Assembly (NCBI GenBank): GCA_964016885.1
Contig: OZ024750.1
Coordinates: 6,944,001-7,008,000 of the forward strand
Source: Eledone cirrhosa
Lineage: Eukaryota
DNA length: 64,000 bases
Direction: 5' to 3'
Each line of letters starts with the position of its first letter. The stretch's first letter is position 1. Below are positions 1 to 14,324 of this stretch, piece after piece. The notes under the pieces are model-generated. The model was given only the letters and a program-made list of their open reading frames with translations. It did not search any database and was not told the DNA's origin. The translations under genes were made by a program, and so were the position numbers.

Positions 1-402
1 CCTCTCTCTCTCCCTTCTCCCCTTCCTCCTCTGCCTTCTCCCCCCTCCCCTTCCCCCTCCCTCATTCCCTTCCTCCTCTGCCTTCTCCCCTCCCCCTCCC
101 CCCTTCCCTGCCTTCTCCCCTCCCCCTCCCCGGCCTTCTCCCCTCCCCCCTCCCCCTCCCCCTCTCCTTCCGCCTCCCTCATTCCCTTCCTCCGCTCCCT
201 TCTCCCCTTCCTCCGCTCCCTTCTCCCCTTCCTCCTCTCCCTTCTCATCTTCCTCTCCCTTCTCATCTTCCACCTCAGCCTTAATCCTCCCCCTCTCTCC
301 TCATCTTCCTCCCCCAGCCTCGTCACTCTCTCTCTCTGCTCCTCCTTCTCTCGCTCAATGCTCCACTTTCCCCCTCTTTCATGCTCTATACTACACTCTT
401 TC

Positions 403-440
<38 letters not shown>
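1..440. repeat. Polypyrimidine (C/T) low-complexity tract ending in (CT)n
   Basis: Near-pure C/T sequence with ccttctcccc-like units; (CT)n at about 405-440. Confidence 0.9.
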
Positions 441-445
<5 letters not shown>

Positions 446-643
446 ATCCTCCCCCATCTCACTATATTCCACTGAAATCATTTATCCTCTCAAATTGTTT
501 CCGTGATAAGATTTCATTCATTGATGATGTATCATCTTTTTTTTTTATCATTCTTTTTGTTATTGTTTGTTGTTTTGTCATTGCAAGGCAATTTACAATT
601 TATAGATTTTTCTACCACCACAACCATCATCATCACCATCACC

Positions 644-675
<32 letters not shown>

Positions 676-840
676 CATCATCATCACCATCATCGCCATC
701 AAGCTATTTCTTCTTCAAGAGTTGCCATGTCATCAAGGCAATGTTTCTGGTTACTGTGTTGCTGGGTAGGTTATTATGTCACCAAACAATTTCCTGTGGT
801 TAATTGTTCTTATTGTAGATGGCACAGTGGTGGTGGTGGG

Positions 841-1225
841 GGGCTACCCTCCCTCCATATAGACCCAACTGAGGGCCTACCTCTCACCCTCCCTCCATAT
901 AGACCCAACTGAGGGCCTACCTCTCACCCTCCCTCCATATAGACCCAACTGAGGGCCTACCTCTCACCCTCCCTCCATATAGACCCAACTGAGGGCATAC
1001 CTCTCACCCGCCTCCTATATAAACCCAACTGAGGGCCTACCTCTCACCCTCCCTCCATATAGACCCAACTGAGGGCCTACCTCTCACCCTCCCTCCATAT
1101 AGACCCAACTGAGGGCCTACCTCTCACCCTCCCTCCATATAGACCCAACTGAGGGCCTACCTCTCACCCTCCCTCCATATAGACCCAACTGAGGGCCTAC
1201 CTCTCACCCGCCTCTTATATAGACC
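841..1225. repeat. 40-bp minisatellite, about 9.5 copies
   Basis: Unit gagggcctacctctcaccctccctccatatagacccaact repeated in tandem. Confidence 0.95.
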
Positions 1226-1440
1226 TGAGGGATCCGGGCCATAAAAGTTGACAGCAAGTGGTTAATTGTTTTTATCATTAATGGGACAGTGAGGGGCCCC
1301 CCACCCACTCCATACAGACCCAACTAAGGTACCAGCCATAAAAGGTTGATGGTTTACAGTGTTTTTAGATCTTTTCAAATTGTTATCACACTAAGATTGA
1401 CTTCGTCTTTCCCCTCAAGGTGAAAATAAACACTATCTAT

Positions 1441-1539
<99 letters not shown>

Positions 1540-2684
1540 ATAAAGGGCCCTGCTATATTTCTAATTCTAATCAAACTGATATTATTGTATATATAATATA
1601 AAAATCTCATTCTAATAAAGAACCCAATTCTGTTATAACTGGTAATTACCAATATATCTATCAAGATCTGGCTAGTAAAGGCCAAATCTATTTGAGTTCT
1701 AATATTTTTATGTATTTATCTTTGTTTCTACATTGTTTTTATTTGTTTTATTTTTTATTATTATTTAAAACTGTTACTTCATCTGTAGATGGCTGGGTTG
1801 ATAAGGTACCAGGCAACCAATCAATAATTTAATGGTTCATAGCCTGAAACTGATGGTGTCTAGTCTCTGTAGTGAAGATAACTCTCAAATGACCCAGTCT
1901 ACCTAACTGTAAAGAGGTACCACAAAGTAGGAACAATTCACCTATTTAAACAACAGTATGTCTGGCCCTGTAACTCCCGAGGGAGTCATAGGGGTGCCAT
2001 ATTGACATACAGCATTACTAGGGCATTTTATAAAACCTTGGTGGAGCCCATCTCTTCCCCAGTTGTAAATACAGCAGATTTCTTCCAGAGAAGGAGAGAG
2101 AGAGAGAATGAAAGTGAGAAAGAGATATAGAGGAAGAATCGACCTTGAATGGATGAAAGACAAAGTTGAACTCAGAGAGATGGAATGAATACTGCAGAGC
2201 ATTCTATCTGAAGTTCTAATGACTCTGCCAGTCATAGCTTTATATAATGAACAAATGGTTAATTACCATACAGTAATGAGTTCAATTGTTTCTGTTGGTC
2301 TATCTTGGAGAGGGGTTGACCCTATTAAACTGATTTATTGGAGATAAACTATATATAGATAGGACAATGGTGCTCCAACAGATTAATAGACCAACATAAA
2401 CATGCTGGGTCTGTGGAAGAAGGACAGCACCTACAGCCTTTCCTGTTGGTCTATCTTGGAGAGGGGTTGATCCTATTAAACTGATTTGTTAGAGATAAAC
2501 TATATATAGATGGAAAGACAGTGGTGCTCCAGCATGACCTTGTTGAGGTCACCATTCACCACAGTTTGTTGTCTGCCAGACATATTGATACAATCTATGT
2601 TCAGTATGTAAAGGGTTGTAACTCAATGGCTCAAGTAAAGATTGAACTCGAGATAATATGGTCAGTTCATTGGCATCTTAACCT

Positions 2685-3093
2685 CACCACTACCATCATC
2701 ACTACCACCATCAGCACGACAACAGCCACCACCACCATCACCACCACTATCACCACCGTTGTCACCACCACCACCACCACCACCACCACAACCATCACAA
2801 CCACCACCACCACCACCATCACAACCACTACCACCACCATCACAACCACTACTACCACCACCATCACAACCACTACCACCACCACCACCATCATCACAAC
2901 CACTACCACCACCATCACTACCACCACCATCACCACCACCATCACAACCACCACCACCATCACAACCACCACCACCACCACCACCACCACCACCACCACC
3001 ACTACTACCACTACTACCACCACCACCATCACCATCAGCACGACAACAGCCACCACCACCACTACCACCACAACCATCATCACAACCACCACC

Positions 3094-3125
<32 letters not shown>

Positions 3126-3322
3126 CACAACCATCATCATCACCACTACCACCACCACCACCACCACCACTACTACTACCACCACCACCGCCATCACAAC
3201 CACCACCATCACAACCACCACCACCACCACCGCCACTACCGCCATCACAACCACCACTACCACCACCACCACCATCACAACCACCACCATCACAACTACC
3301 GCCACCACAATCACCGTCATCA
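2685..3322. repeat. (ACC/ACT/ATC)n trinucleotide low-complexity tract
   Basis: Direct reading; source of the poly-Thr/Val/Pro ORFs. Confidence 0.95.
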
Positions 3323-3524
3323 TTAATTTAAAGGTAATTCTTTAAGCGATATATTGCTTGTGTTTCGTTGCTGTTGTATTGTTGAGGGAACTGGAAGATG
3401 GCCGGACCTGAAGACTTCAGTCAGTCTTCAGTGACGCCTCAGACTCTGACATGGCTTTCATACAACTTTCACTTTGGACTTGGGACACTGGGAAACTTTT
3501 GAAGCTTCACTTCCTCTCCTCCTC

Positions 3525-3862
3525 CATCGTCATCACCACCATCATCATCATCACCATCATCATCACCATTATCACCACCACCATCATCATCACCACCATC
3601 ATTACCACCACCATCATTACCATCATCACCACCATCATCACCATCATCACCACCATCACTATCATCATCACCATCATCAACCTCCATCATCACCATCATC
3701 ACCATCATCAACCTCCATCATCACCATCATCACCATCATCAACCTCCTCCTCCCTCCATCATCATCACCACCACCATCATCACCATCATCATCATCATCA
3801 CCAACACCATCATCATCATCATCACCACCATCACCATCATCATCACCACCACCACCACCACC
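3525..3862. repeat. (CAT/CAC)n microsatellite
   Basis: Direct reading. Confidence 0.95.
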
Positions 3863-3964
3863 TCCGTCTGTCTTCTTTATGTCTTTACAACTCTCAACAG
3901 TGACATATCACCTCAGAACATTATTTTAAGCTTCAACAGTTTCTCATCTTCTCTTTGTGGTTTT

Positions 3965-4227
3965 GTGAGAGAGAGAGAGAGAGAGAGGCTGATACAGGGA
4001 GAGAGATGGAGAAAGAGAGAGAGAGAGATACAGTGAGAGAGATATACAGAGAGAGAGACATACAGTGAGAGAGAGATAGACAGATACAGAGACAGATACA
4101 GTGAGAGAGAGAGAGAGACATACAGTGAGAGAGAGATAGACAGATACAGAGACAGATACAGTGAGAGAGAGAGAGATACAGTGAGAGAGAGAGAGAGACA
4201 TACAGTGAGAGAGAGAGAGAGAGAGAG
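3965..4227. repeat. (GA)n-based compound minisatellite
   Basis: Repeating tacagtgagagagaga units. Confidence 0.9.
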
Positions 4228-4666
4228 TGCTGAAACATTTTCTTTTCAAAGTTATTGTTTTTTTTGTTGTTTTTTTTGTTGTTTCTTTTTATATATATAT
4301 CTTTATTTTCTATTTTCTCTCCGAATTGGCAAATTTTCAACATGACTGAATATATTTAATGAAATTGCAGTTGAATCTCTTCTTACCTAACTAATCACAC
4401 CTCGTCTTCTTCTTGTTTAGTTTCTGAAAACAATTCTGATAGCAATTGCCGGAACACAATCGATGTTCTGCCACTCATTCCACCTCACCCCACACCACCT
4501 TCTTTCTCTCACCTCAATCACCTGGTGGAGTTTCATGTCCACCTCAGACCTTTTTCTACCTGTAATCTAGTTGTTGCTGATGATTATTTTTATTATCTTT
4601 TTTTTTTTGCTGATTCTTAAAATCATTGTTAAAATTCTTCACCTTATCACCTGTAATTCCAGCCAG

Positions 4667-4762
<96 letters not shown>

Positions 4763-4920
4763 ATAAACTCAAATAGTCTTTTACAGGCAAACCGTATTAT
4801 TTTAATTAGTATTTTTCAATCTAGCTAACTTGGTCATTTGCAATGCAAACACATGTATACTTGTATCAGTGTTTATCCCTATCATATATTCATTTGTATA
4901 TATAATATATATATATATAT

Positions 4921-5214
4921 AGGAACAAGTATGACCCCGACGGCAGAGCTCAAGCCATTTCGACGGCTAATTCTGGACTAAATAAGAATTTTTAGCCTGG
5001 TAAATAAATAGCCGAACTTCTCAGGGGGTATTACCTTATATGGGAAGATAGTAATTGTCAAAAGGATTGGTCAAAAATTTGTTGTAAAAACAGTTGATTC
5101 TATCATGGCATTTAGTGGAAGGTAGGGGTGGCTGAACTCAGCTACCCCTACCTTCCACTAAATGCTGTACAAAAAGGGTTTTATTTACAGTATTAACAAT
5201 TGTTTCATTGATCA

Positions 5215-5215
<1 letters not shown>
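4921..5215 (-). mobile_element. (TA)n-embedded repeat, putative Penelope-like terminal fragment, with a degenerate hammerhead motif and a palindrome
   Basis: Flanked by (TA)n on both sides. Shares gcagagctcaagcc..ttcgacggcta with 19941-20135, and a more diverged version occurs at 42490-42660. Confidence 0.5.
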
Positions 5216-5259
<44 letters not shown>

Positions 5260-5529
5260 GAAGTTATATTTAATTTGTTGGGATTCCAACCAACTTAAAA
5301 GTTTATAACTGATATAGAGCATTCAACAGATTACTGGAGTAAATATTCAATATATTAATAAATGGAAACTATATTTATAAAACCATATTTATTTTATTAT
5401 ATATATTTCAAGGGCGACCAAGCCAATCTTGGTGCACTTTCATCAGATAAAATACAAAAAACAACCTTGACTGTTGAAAATTCGCTGGATAGTCGATATA
5501 TTGTATGTGTATGTATATATATATATATA

Positions 5530-5625
5530 TATCATCATCATACGTCCACTTTTCCCTGCTTGCAAGGGGGAGATGGGTCCTATTCAGCACAGCATCTCTC
5601 CATTTGTCACGGTCCTTCGTCAATG
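5530..5625 (-). mobile_element. RTE-like LINE 3' end fragment
   Basis: Reverse complement of the cttgcaagcagggaaaagcggacgt...gatgatgat tail seen at 45500-45577. Confidence 0.6.
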
Positions 5626-6389
5626 TAACTAATTCTTTGTTTATTTTTTTTTAATACTTATTATCATTAAATAATAAATAATAATAAAGAAAGCATTATT
5701 ATTATTATTTTTATTATTTTATGTGGTTATTTTTATTCTTTTAATTATTAATTTGGTCATTTGTGATTAGTTGAAATATTTGTCTTTTTCAGTTAGCTAG
5801 CTTATCAACATCACCATCATCATCATAATCATCACCAATCACCATCATCACCATCATCGTCATCATCATCGTTGTGATAATCATCATCATCATCATAGTG
5901 TTCATAATCATCACCATCATCATAATCATCATCATCATCATCATAAGCATCATCACCATCATCACAATCACCATCATCATCATCACAATCATCATCATCA
6001 TCACCATCACCACCATCACCACCACCACCACCACCATCATGTCCATTTTCCATGGAGGGTTTGTCACGGTTCCAACCATGACTGATCTGGTGAACAAGAC
6101 TTTCTTGCTCGCATGTTTCCATATTAGTCACGGTGTTTTTGTTGTTGCTCTTTCAGTAGAACCATTTTATTTGATCTGAGCTGCTGAAGCAGTTAGTTTA
6201 TGTTTTTATTGTGGTTTAGTCAGTCCTTCCAACAATGACCACCTCCATCTGTGACTAACTACATTGTCTAAATGTATCCTTTCTTTATTTAAGGTGATAG
6301 TGTGATTTTATTGATATTTGGCTGCTATTTTTGGCTCGTCGAGAAACTATGTAGAGACTCACCTGCTGGCTCATCTTAGTCATATGCTT

Positions 6390-6590
6390 TACCCAGGTAC
6401 TCAATGAAGATTTAAGCTCATACCTGTACAACCAGTAACCCAGTACCTTACCCAGGTACTCGATACTATAGTTGTGTGAAGATTTAAGCACATACCTGTA
6501 CAACCAGTAACCCAGTACCTTACCCAGGTACTTGATACTATAGTTGTGTGAAGATTTAAGCTCATATACCTGTACAACCAGTAATCCAAT
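6390..6590. repeat. About 67-bp tandem repeat, about 3 copies
   Basis: gaagatttaagc.catacctgtacaaccagtaacccagtaccttacccaggtact repeated. Confidence 0.85.
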
Positions 6591-7093
6591 ACTATTGTTG
6601 TTATTTGAAAATCACAGACAATGTCTTTCATTAGCAATATAGTAACAAAAGGGTTAATTATCGAATATTTAATTATCTGCAATCTGTAACATTTACAAAA
6701 CTGGTTCATATGGAATATATATTTTTTTTTAAAGTTCTTTTTAAATTAACTGGTCTTTTGAATTAAATTTTCAGATAGAAATTCTATATTTATTTTCACA
6801 TTAAAATTGTTCTATTTTTAAAATTCTATACTTAAAACGTAGTTAAAATTACTTTACAAAATGATATGTTTATAAAACTTTTCTATAGAAAAAAAAAATT
6901 TCAATAAAAAGTCATTTGATAAAATGACATTTTAATTAAACCTCAATCAATGAAGATTTATGGTTCAACTATGATACCAAACACCATTCACTGCTATTCT
7001 GTTAATAAGCAGAAAAATGTTGGAATGTCTTTCTGCTCTTCACTTGAGAATCTTTATTATAGATAAGATACCATAAGAAATTGGTCTTACTTA

Positions 7094-7620
7094 TCTAAAC
7101 TATAATAAAGTAAGGAGTGTGGACAGCGTCCAGAATATATTTTTTTATCCTTTTTGTAAAATAAGTTGGATTACTTTGAATAAATAATGAATGAATATTA
7201 CATAATTTATCTACTAAATTTCGTAGCTCTTGATTAAATATATTTTATTGCTTATTTAAAGATTCACTTCTTTAAAATTTTCCGGTTAGCGATCGCTTAA
7301 ATAAACATTCATATATTTCCGTCACTAATTTTCTCCTAATGCAGTTTATATATAATATCGTCTTTTTTTTTTTATGTATCATGGATTATGTTACTGATTA
7401 CATAAGACAGTGTAACGCAGTCTTCGTTCAATTTCTGTGTATATTGTCAATTACGATGTCATTTGATGTATCATATCTACATGTATATATACTTGCATAT
7501 AATATCAATATACACACTACACATGTATCATATCTACATGTATATATACTTGCATATAATATCAATATACACACTACACATGCTAGCAGAAAACCACCCG
7601 AAGGAGGGTTTTTCTGCTAG
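7094..7620 (+). mobile_element. Probable non-autonomous Helitron
   Basis: 5' A|TCTAAACTATAATAAAG. Subterminal hairpin (gctagcagaaaaccacccgaaggagggtttttctgctag). Ends CTAG|T. Matches the Helitron TC...hairpin-CTRR and A|T insertion rules. Confidence 0.55.
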
Positions 7621-8068
7621 TACTGTTAATAAGCAGAAAAATATAGGTAGGAATGTCTTTCTGCTCTTCACTTGAGAATTGTTGTTATAGATAAGATACC
7701 ATAAGAAATCGGTTCTGATTTATAAATTTATTGAAGTAGTTGTGTTTTACATTTGAATAGAGATATGAATATTCATTTTGAATTATTCGTTTAAAACTAA
7801 ACAAATAAAAACAAAACTGACCTTTTCCTTGTTGGTGCTTTTATAAAGACAAAGTTGAGGGAAGAAGGAGCCGTTTTGGAGATCTGTTAGAATGATTTCT
7901 TGTAGAAGGAGTATATGATTTGTTTTCAAAGATAAATTAAACCCCCTTTTTACATATATTGATCACAGAGGCTGCTCAAGTAGGATTTAAACGTGAATCA
8001 ACAGATGAACCATCAAAGTCTACATTGAACACTGATTCAGTTTGATTCACGATGACTAAATAGCTTAA

Positions 8069-8288
8069 CCCTTTAGCATTTAAACTGGCTGTATCCAGCC
8101 ATAATCCTCTCACCTCTTTCTGTTCAAACCAGCCATAACTGGCTTTCATACTGACGTTAAGGTATTATTCTCAACATAAATAATATCAAAATCTCATAGA
8201 TTCGATATTACGTGTGATAATTATGCGAGGTAAAGCCTTTACCATGAAAATACAATAGTAAATATAGAGTAATGTAAATGCTAAAGGG
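8069..8288. mobile_element. piggyBac-type MITE, family A
   Basis: TTAA on both sides (8065-68, 8289-92); perfect 14-bp TIR CCCTTTAGCATTTA/TAAATGCTAAAGGG. Confidence 0.85.
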
Positions 8289-8580
8289 TTAACAATTTCA
8301 CACGGGTGAAATTGAACTCAGAAAATATATGAATAACTAAAGTAGCTTTACCGTGTTTTAACCCTTTAGTTACCAACCCAACCAAAACCGGTTCTGATTT
8401 TATGGAATAAAACCATTCATTTTAAAGGTTTCCAATTTAAATAAAAATCTTCCAACATTAAGAACCTTACATTAAATTACAATCTTAGTAATGAAATAAT
8501 TAATAATTTTAGTCATTAAATTACAATCTTAGTAATGAAATAATTAATAATTTTAGTAAATCTCTTATTTACAACAATAA

Positions 8581-8686
8581 GGCAGTGAATTGGCTGAATC
8601 AGTAGAGTGTCGGAGAAAATGGTTTGCGGCATTTATTCCGGCTCTTTACGCCCTCAGTTCAAATCCCGGTTTTGCCTTTCATCCTA
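8581..8686 (+). mobile_element. tRNA-derived SINE family 1, partial
   Basis: B-box-like agttcaaatcc followed by tttgcctttcatcct, as in the other copies. Confidence 0.7.
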
Positions 8687-8853
8687 TATATATATATATA
8701 TATAAGTATTGGTGCTCTGAGCAATATATATATGAATGTATGTATAGTATATTTGATAATATACTGTAACATTTTGAATACCATTAGCTGTGAATTTTAA
8801 AGTAGTGACTATGTCACTTACTTATTCTCAGCAAAAACAATACTATACAAACA

Positions 8854-8914
<61 letters not shown>

Positions 8915-9494
8915 TATTCTGTGTTAGTCCACCTGATAAGCTTGCCAAGCTCATTTCCTCACCTAATTTACCCAATAATGTAATGTAGTCACAATAGACT
9001 CAAAAGTTACCCAAGTTACCTTGGTATTTGGTTTAAGGGTGAACAGCACATCATTGACAAATGTCTTCCTCCACCACCACCACCACCCCCATCATCACCA
9101 CCACCACCACCACCTTATTTCCTATTCAATATCTATAACAATAGATCTGACCAGAGTTGTTTTTCTCTATCTTTCACCAAGATACAAAACATCTCCACTG
9201 TTTGTTTTCTTGTCCTGAGAAATGTCTACTTTCTCACCGGCTTTCACAGCTCCTACACATCACACACACACATTCTCACACATACTCACACAACCTCACA
9301 TACACACATCCTCACATACACACATACATCCTCACATATACACACATCCTCACACACCTTCACACACACATGTAAATAGTCTTATCTGTTAAGAATCAGT
9401 AAATGGGGTGGAGCCGTGTTTAAAAGTTGGTGGTTATTAAATTGATATTAAGGACCCCACCCATTACTTCCACCTCCCCACTATCAGTCCCTAG

Positions 9495-9910
9495 TCACCA
9501 CCACCACCACCATCATACCTCTACCGCTACCACCACTCAATTTACCCACCACACACACCACCATCATACCACCACCACCACTACCACTACCACCACTCAA
9601 TTTACCCACCACACCCACCACCATCATACCACCACTACCACCACTCAATTTACCCACCACACCCACCACCATCATACCACCACCACCACTACCACTCAAT
9701 TTACCCACCACACCCACCACCACCATCATACCATCACCACCACTAGCACTCAATTTACCCACCACACCCACCACCATCACCGTACCCACCACCATCACCA
9801 CACCACACCACCATCACCACACCCACCACCATCACCACACCCACCACCACACCACCACCACCATCATACCATCACCACCATCACCACACCCACTACCACT
9901 CAATTTACCC
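9495..9910. repeat. About 45-bp C/A-rich minisatellite
   Basis: ccactcaatttacccaccacacccaccaccatcata units. Confidence 0.9.
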
Positions 9911-10004
9911 CCCCCCCATTAACTCCCATCAACTCCAGCTCCATGTATATTTTATCTTCTCACTATTCAATGAATACCTTTACTGTGTTACCTGTTTAAA
10001 TATT

Positions 10005-10010
<6 letters not shown>

Positions 10011-10054
<44 letters not shown>

Positions 10055-10356
10055 CTACACTCTTCCTTCATCTCTATATATACTCTTCTCTTCTCTCTCT
10101 CTCTCTCTCCACTACACTCTTCCTTCATCTCTATATATACTCTTCTCTTCTCTCTCTCTCTCTCTCCACTACACTCTTCCTTCATCTCTATATATACTCT
10201 TCTCTTCTCTCTCTCTCCACTACACTCTTTCTTCATCTCTATATATACTCTTCTCTTCTCTCTCTCTCTCTCCACTACACTCTTTCTTCATCTCTATATA
10301 TATACTCTTCTCTCTCTCTCTCTCCACTACACTCTTTCTTCATCTCTATATATATA

Positions 10357-10406
<50 letters not shown>

Positions 10407-10542
10407 CTACACTCTTCCTTCATCTCTATATATACTCTTCTCTTCTCTCTCTCTCCACTACACTCTTTCTTCATCTCTATATATACTCTTCTCTTCTCTC
10501 TCTCTCTCTCCACTACACTCTTTCTTCATCTCTATATATATA

Positions 10543-10600
<58 letters not shown>

Positions 10601-10793
10601 CTACACTCTTCCTTCATCTCTATATATACTCTTCTCTTCTCTCTCTCTCTCTCTCCACTACACTCTTCCTTCATCTCTATATATACTCTTCTCTTCTCTC
10701 TCTCTCCACTACACTCTTTCTTCATCTCTATATATACTCTTCTCTTCTCTCTCTCTCTCCACTACACTCTTCCTTCATCTCTATATATACTCT

Positions 10794-10860
<67 letters not shown>

Positions 10861-10955
10861 CTACACTCTTCCTTCATCTCTATATATACTCTTCTCTCTC
10901 TCTCTCCACTACACTCTTCCTTCTTCTCTATATATACTCTTCTCTCTCTCTCTCG
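10011..10955. repeat. About 55-bp minisatellite with variable (CT)n
   Basis: ccactacactcttccttcatctctatatatactcttct(ct)n units. Confidence 0.95.
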
Positions 10956-11685
10956 TCTTCTCTTTTTATCAGTTTTCTCTTCTCTTTTTATTAACTTCAA
11001 CAAAAAGAACATTCCAGTAGAGAGACTTAAAGTTGTCTAAATAGGTGATGTGGTGGTGGTGGTGGGGGGGGGGGGACTCTGGGGAAACAGTTGCTCTAAC
11101 TCTTTTTATGAATCATCCCTTGGTCTTTTGCTTGAGAAGGAAACCTAATTGTATTTGTATCATAGTCATGGCCATCATCATCATAGAAACAATTATTATG
11201 GAAGGAGTTCCAGTCTTATCATGTTACCATTATTACGATCATGGTGTGCAGTATTTGAACTTGGAATATACACAAGCAGAAAAGACCCCCCCCCCCACCC
11301 CCCCCCCCCCACACACACAGGACATTTTGTCTGTTGTTCTAACAATATAGCTAATCTACCACACTTTCTTAACCTTGAAAAGATAAAATAGAAAGTTGAC
11401 CATAGCTGGATTTGAACTCAGAACACACAGGGCTGAAACAAATACCACAAGACATTTTGTCCCATGCTCTAACAACTCTTCCAATGTTCCTCTCATTGTT
11501 GAGTTCCTTTGAGAACCAATCTCTCATTAATGGTTAGATGTGGTGTGTGAGAATAATTTCTCTGGAGACTTATCTGTCTTTGTTGCTTTGAGTCACCGAT
11601 ATTGGAGTGAGAGGTTTGTAGTTGGGTGAGAGTGGCTTCATTCAGTTTCACCTTCATTGTTTTGTCTTTTAGTTAAGGAATTTAC

Positions 11686-12478
11686 TAAAACTACAGACTT
11701 CTGTCATAGTAGAACCTAAAACTACAGACACCTGTCATAGTAGAACCTAAAACTACAGACACCTGTCATAGTAGAACCTAAAACTACAGACACCTGTCAT
11801 AGTAGAACCTAAAACTACAGACACCTGTCATAGTAGAACCTAAAACTACAGACACCTGTCATAGTAGAACCTAAAACTACAGACACCTGTCATAGTAGAA
11901 CCTAAAACTACAGACACCTGTCATAGTAGAACCTAAAACTACAGACACCTGTCATAGTAGAACCTAAAACTACAGACACCTGTCATAGTAGAACCTAAAA
12001 CTACAGACACCTGTCATAGTAGAACCTAAAACTACAGACACCTGTCATAGTAGAACCTAAAACTACAGACACCTGTCATAGTAGAACCTAAAACTACAGA
12101 CACCTGTCATAGTAGAACCTAAAACTACAGACACCTGTCATAGTAGAACCTAAAACTACAGACACCTGTCATAGTAGAACCTAAAACTACAGACACCTGT
12201 CATAGTAGAACCTAAAACTACAGACACCTGTCATAGTAGAACCTAAAACTACAGACACCTGTCATAGTAGAACCTAAAACTACAGACACCTGTCATAGTA
12301 GAACCTAAAACTACAGACACCTGTCATAGTAGAACCTAAAACTACAGACACCTGTCATAGTAGAACCTAAAACTACAGACACCTGTCATAGTAGAACCTA
12401 AAACTACAGACACCTGTCATAGTAGAACCTAAAACTACAGACACCTGTCATAGTAGAACCTAAAACTACAGACACCTG
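11686..12478. repeat. 31-bp minisatellite, about 25 near-identical copies
   Basis: Unit taaaactacagacacctgtcatagtagaacc. Confidence 0.97.
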
Positions 12479-12591
12479 TTGTAATAGAACCTTCTATTAC
12501 TTGTTTATGTTGTCTATTATTTACCTGGCTGTGATCTATATAGATTCTATGACATTGTCTTTCAGTGTAATGTTTAATTGTTTTGTTTTTA

Positions 12592-12838
12592 ACATAGTAT
12601 AGTTGGTGGTACCATAGTATAGTTGGTGGTCTACCATAGTGTAGTTGATGGTTCCATAGTGTAGTTGGTGGTACCATAGTATAGTTAGTGGTACCATAGT
12701 ATAGTTGGTGGTCTACCATAGTGTAGTTGGTGGTACCATAGTATAGTTGGTGGTACCATAGTATAGTTGGTGGTCTACCATAGTGTAGTTGGTGGTACCA
12801 TAGTATAGTTGGTGGTGCCATAGTATGGTTGGCGGTCT
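12592..12838. repeat. 20/22-bp minisatellite
   Basis: accatagtatagttggtggt(ct) units. Confidence 0.9.
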
Positions 12839-12878
12839 AACATGTTGATGGACATTGTTTCTTGACTCACATGTTCTC

Positions 12879-13217
12879 TTGCCTTGTCCCACAACACCTG
12901 CCTTGCCTCACAACACCTGCCTTGCCTCACAACACCTGCCTTGCCTCACAACACCTGCCTTGTCCCACAACACTTGCCTTGTCCCACAACACCTGCCTTG
13001 TCCCACAACACCTGCCTTGTCCCACAACACCTGCCTTGTCCCACAACACCTGCCTTGTCCCACAACACCTGCCTTGTCCCACAACACCTGCCTTGTCCCA
13101 CAACACCTGCCTTGTCCCACAACACCTGTCTTGCCTCACACCACCTGCCTTGCCTCACAACACCTGCCTTGTCCCACAACACCTGCCTTGCCTCACAACA
13201 CCTGCCTTGCCTCACAA
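12879..13217. repeat. 19-bp minisatellite
   Basis: cacaacacctgccttgtcc units. Confidence 0.95.
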
Positions 13218-13482
13218 TCTCACTCCTGCTAACATCACCATCATCGTCATATCTATTGTCAGTGCTGTTATCATATAACCACCACCACTGCTACTTCCAA
13301 CACCACCAATAACATCATCACCATCATCACCACCACTATTGTCACCATCACCACCATCACTATTATCATCATCATCGCCATGGAATGGAATGGTCAAGGT
13401 TCAGTGTCTCATTGGGATTGCTTTTAGCCAAACATTTAGTTTAGTTTCTTGTTCAAAGAATGTCTGGATAATATTTGTAATT

Positions 13483-14290
13483 CACATCTCCCCCCCACAC
13501 TCCACCACAACACATCTCCACCACACATCTCCCCCACACCACTCCACCACACATCTCCCCCATACCACTCCACCACACATCTCCCCCACACCACTCCACC
13601 ACACCACTCCACCACACATCTCCCCCACACCACTCCACCACACATCTCCCCCACACCACTCCACCACAACACATCTCCCCCACACCACTCCACCACACAT
13701 CTCCCCCACACCACTCCACCACACATCTCCCTCACCACACATCTCCCCCACACCACTCCACCACACCACTCCACCACACATCTCCCCCACACCACTCCAC
13801 AACACATCTCCCCCACACCACTCCACCACACATCTCCCTCACTACACCCCCACCCCCCACACATCTCCCTCACTACACCCCCACCCCCACACACATCTCC
13901 CTCACTACACACCCCACACACACCACCACACACATCTCCCTCACTACACACACACACCACCCCACACACACCACCCCCACACACACCACCCCACACACAC
14001 CACCCCCACACACATCTCCCTCACTACACACACCCCCACACACATCTCCCTCACTACACACCCCACACACACCACCACACACATCTCCCTCACTACACAC
14101 ACACCACCCCCACCGCACACATCTCCCTCACTACACCCACCCCCCACACACACACACACCACCCCACACACACCACCCCACACACACCACCCCCACACAC
14201 ATCTCCCTCACTACACACCACACCACATCTCCCCTCACCCGCCATGTACACCCTCCCCTGCTACACACACCTCACCTCACTACACACATT
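13483..14290. repeat. C/A-rich minisatellites
   Basis: cacatctcccccacaccactccacca and cacatctccctcactacac units. Confidence 0.9.
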
Positions 14291-14324
14291 CCCCCAACTA
14301 CACACAACCTATTACACACCCACT

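Noticed and set aside
4420-4560. Possible exon after tcttcttcttgtttag
   Set aside because: No recognisable homology and no clear donor site.
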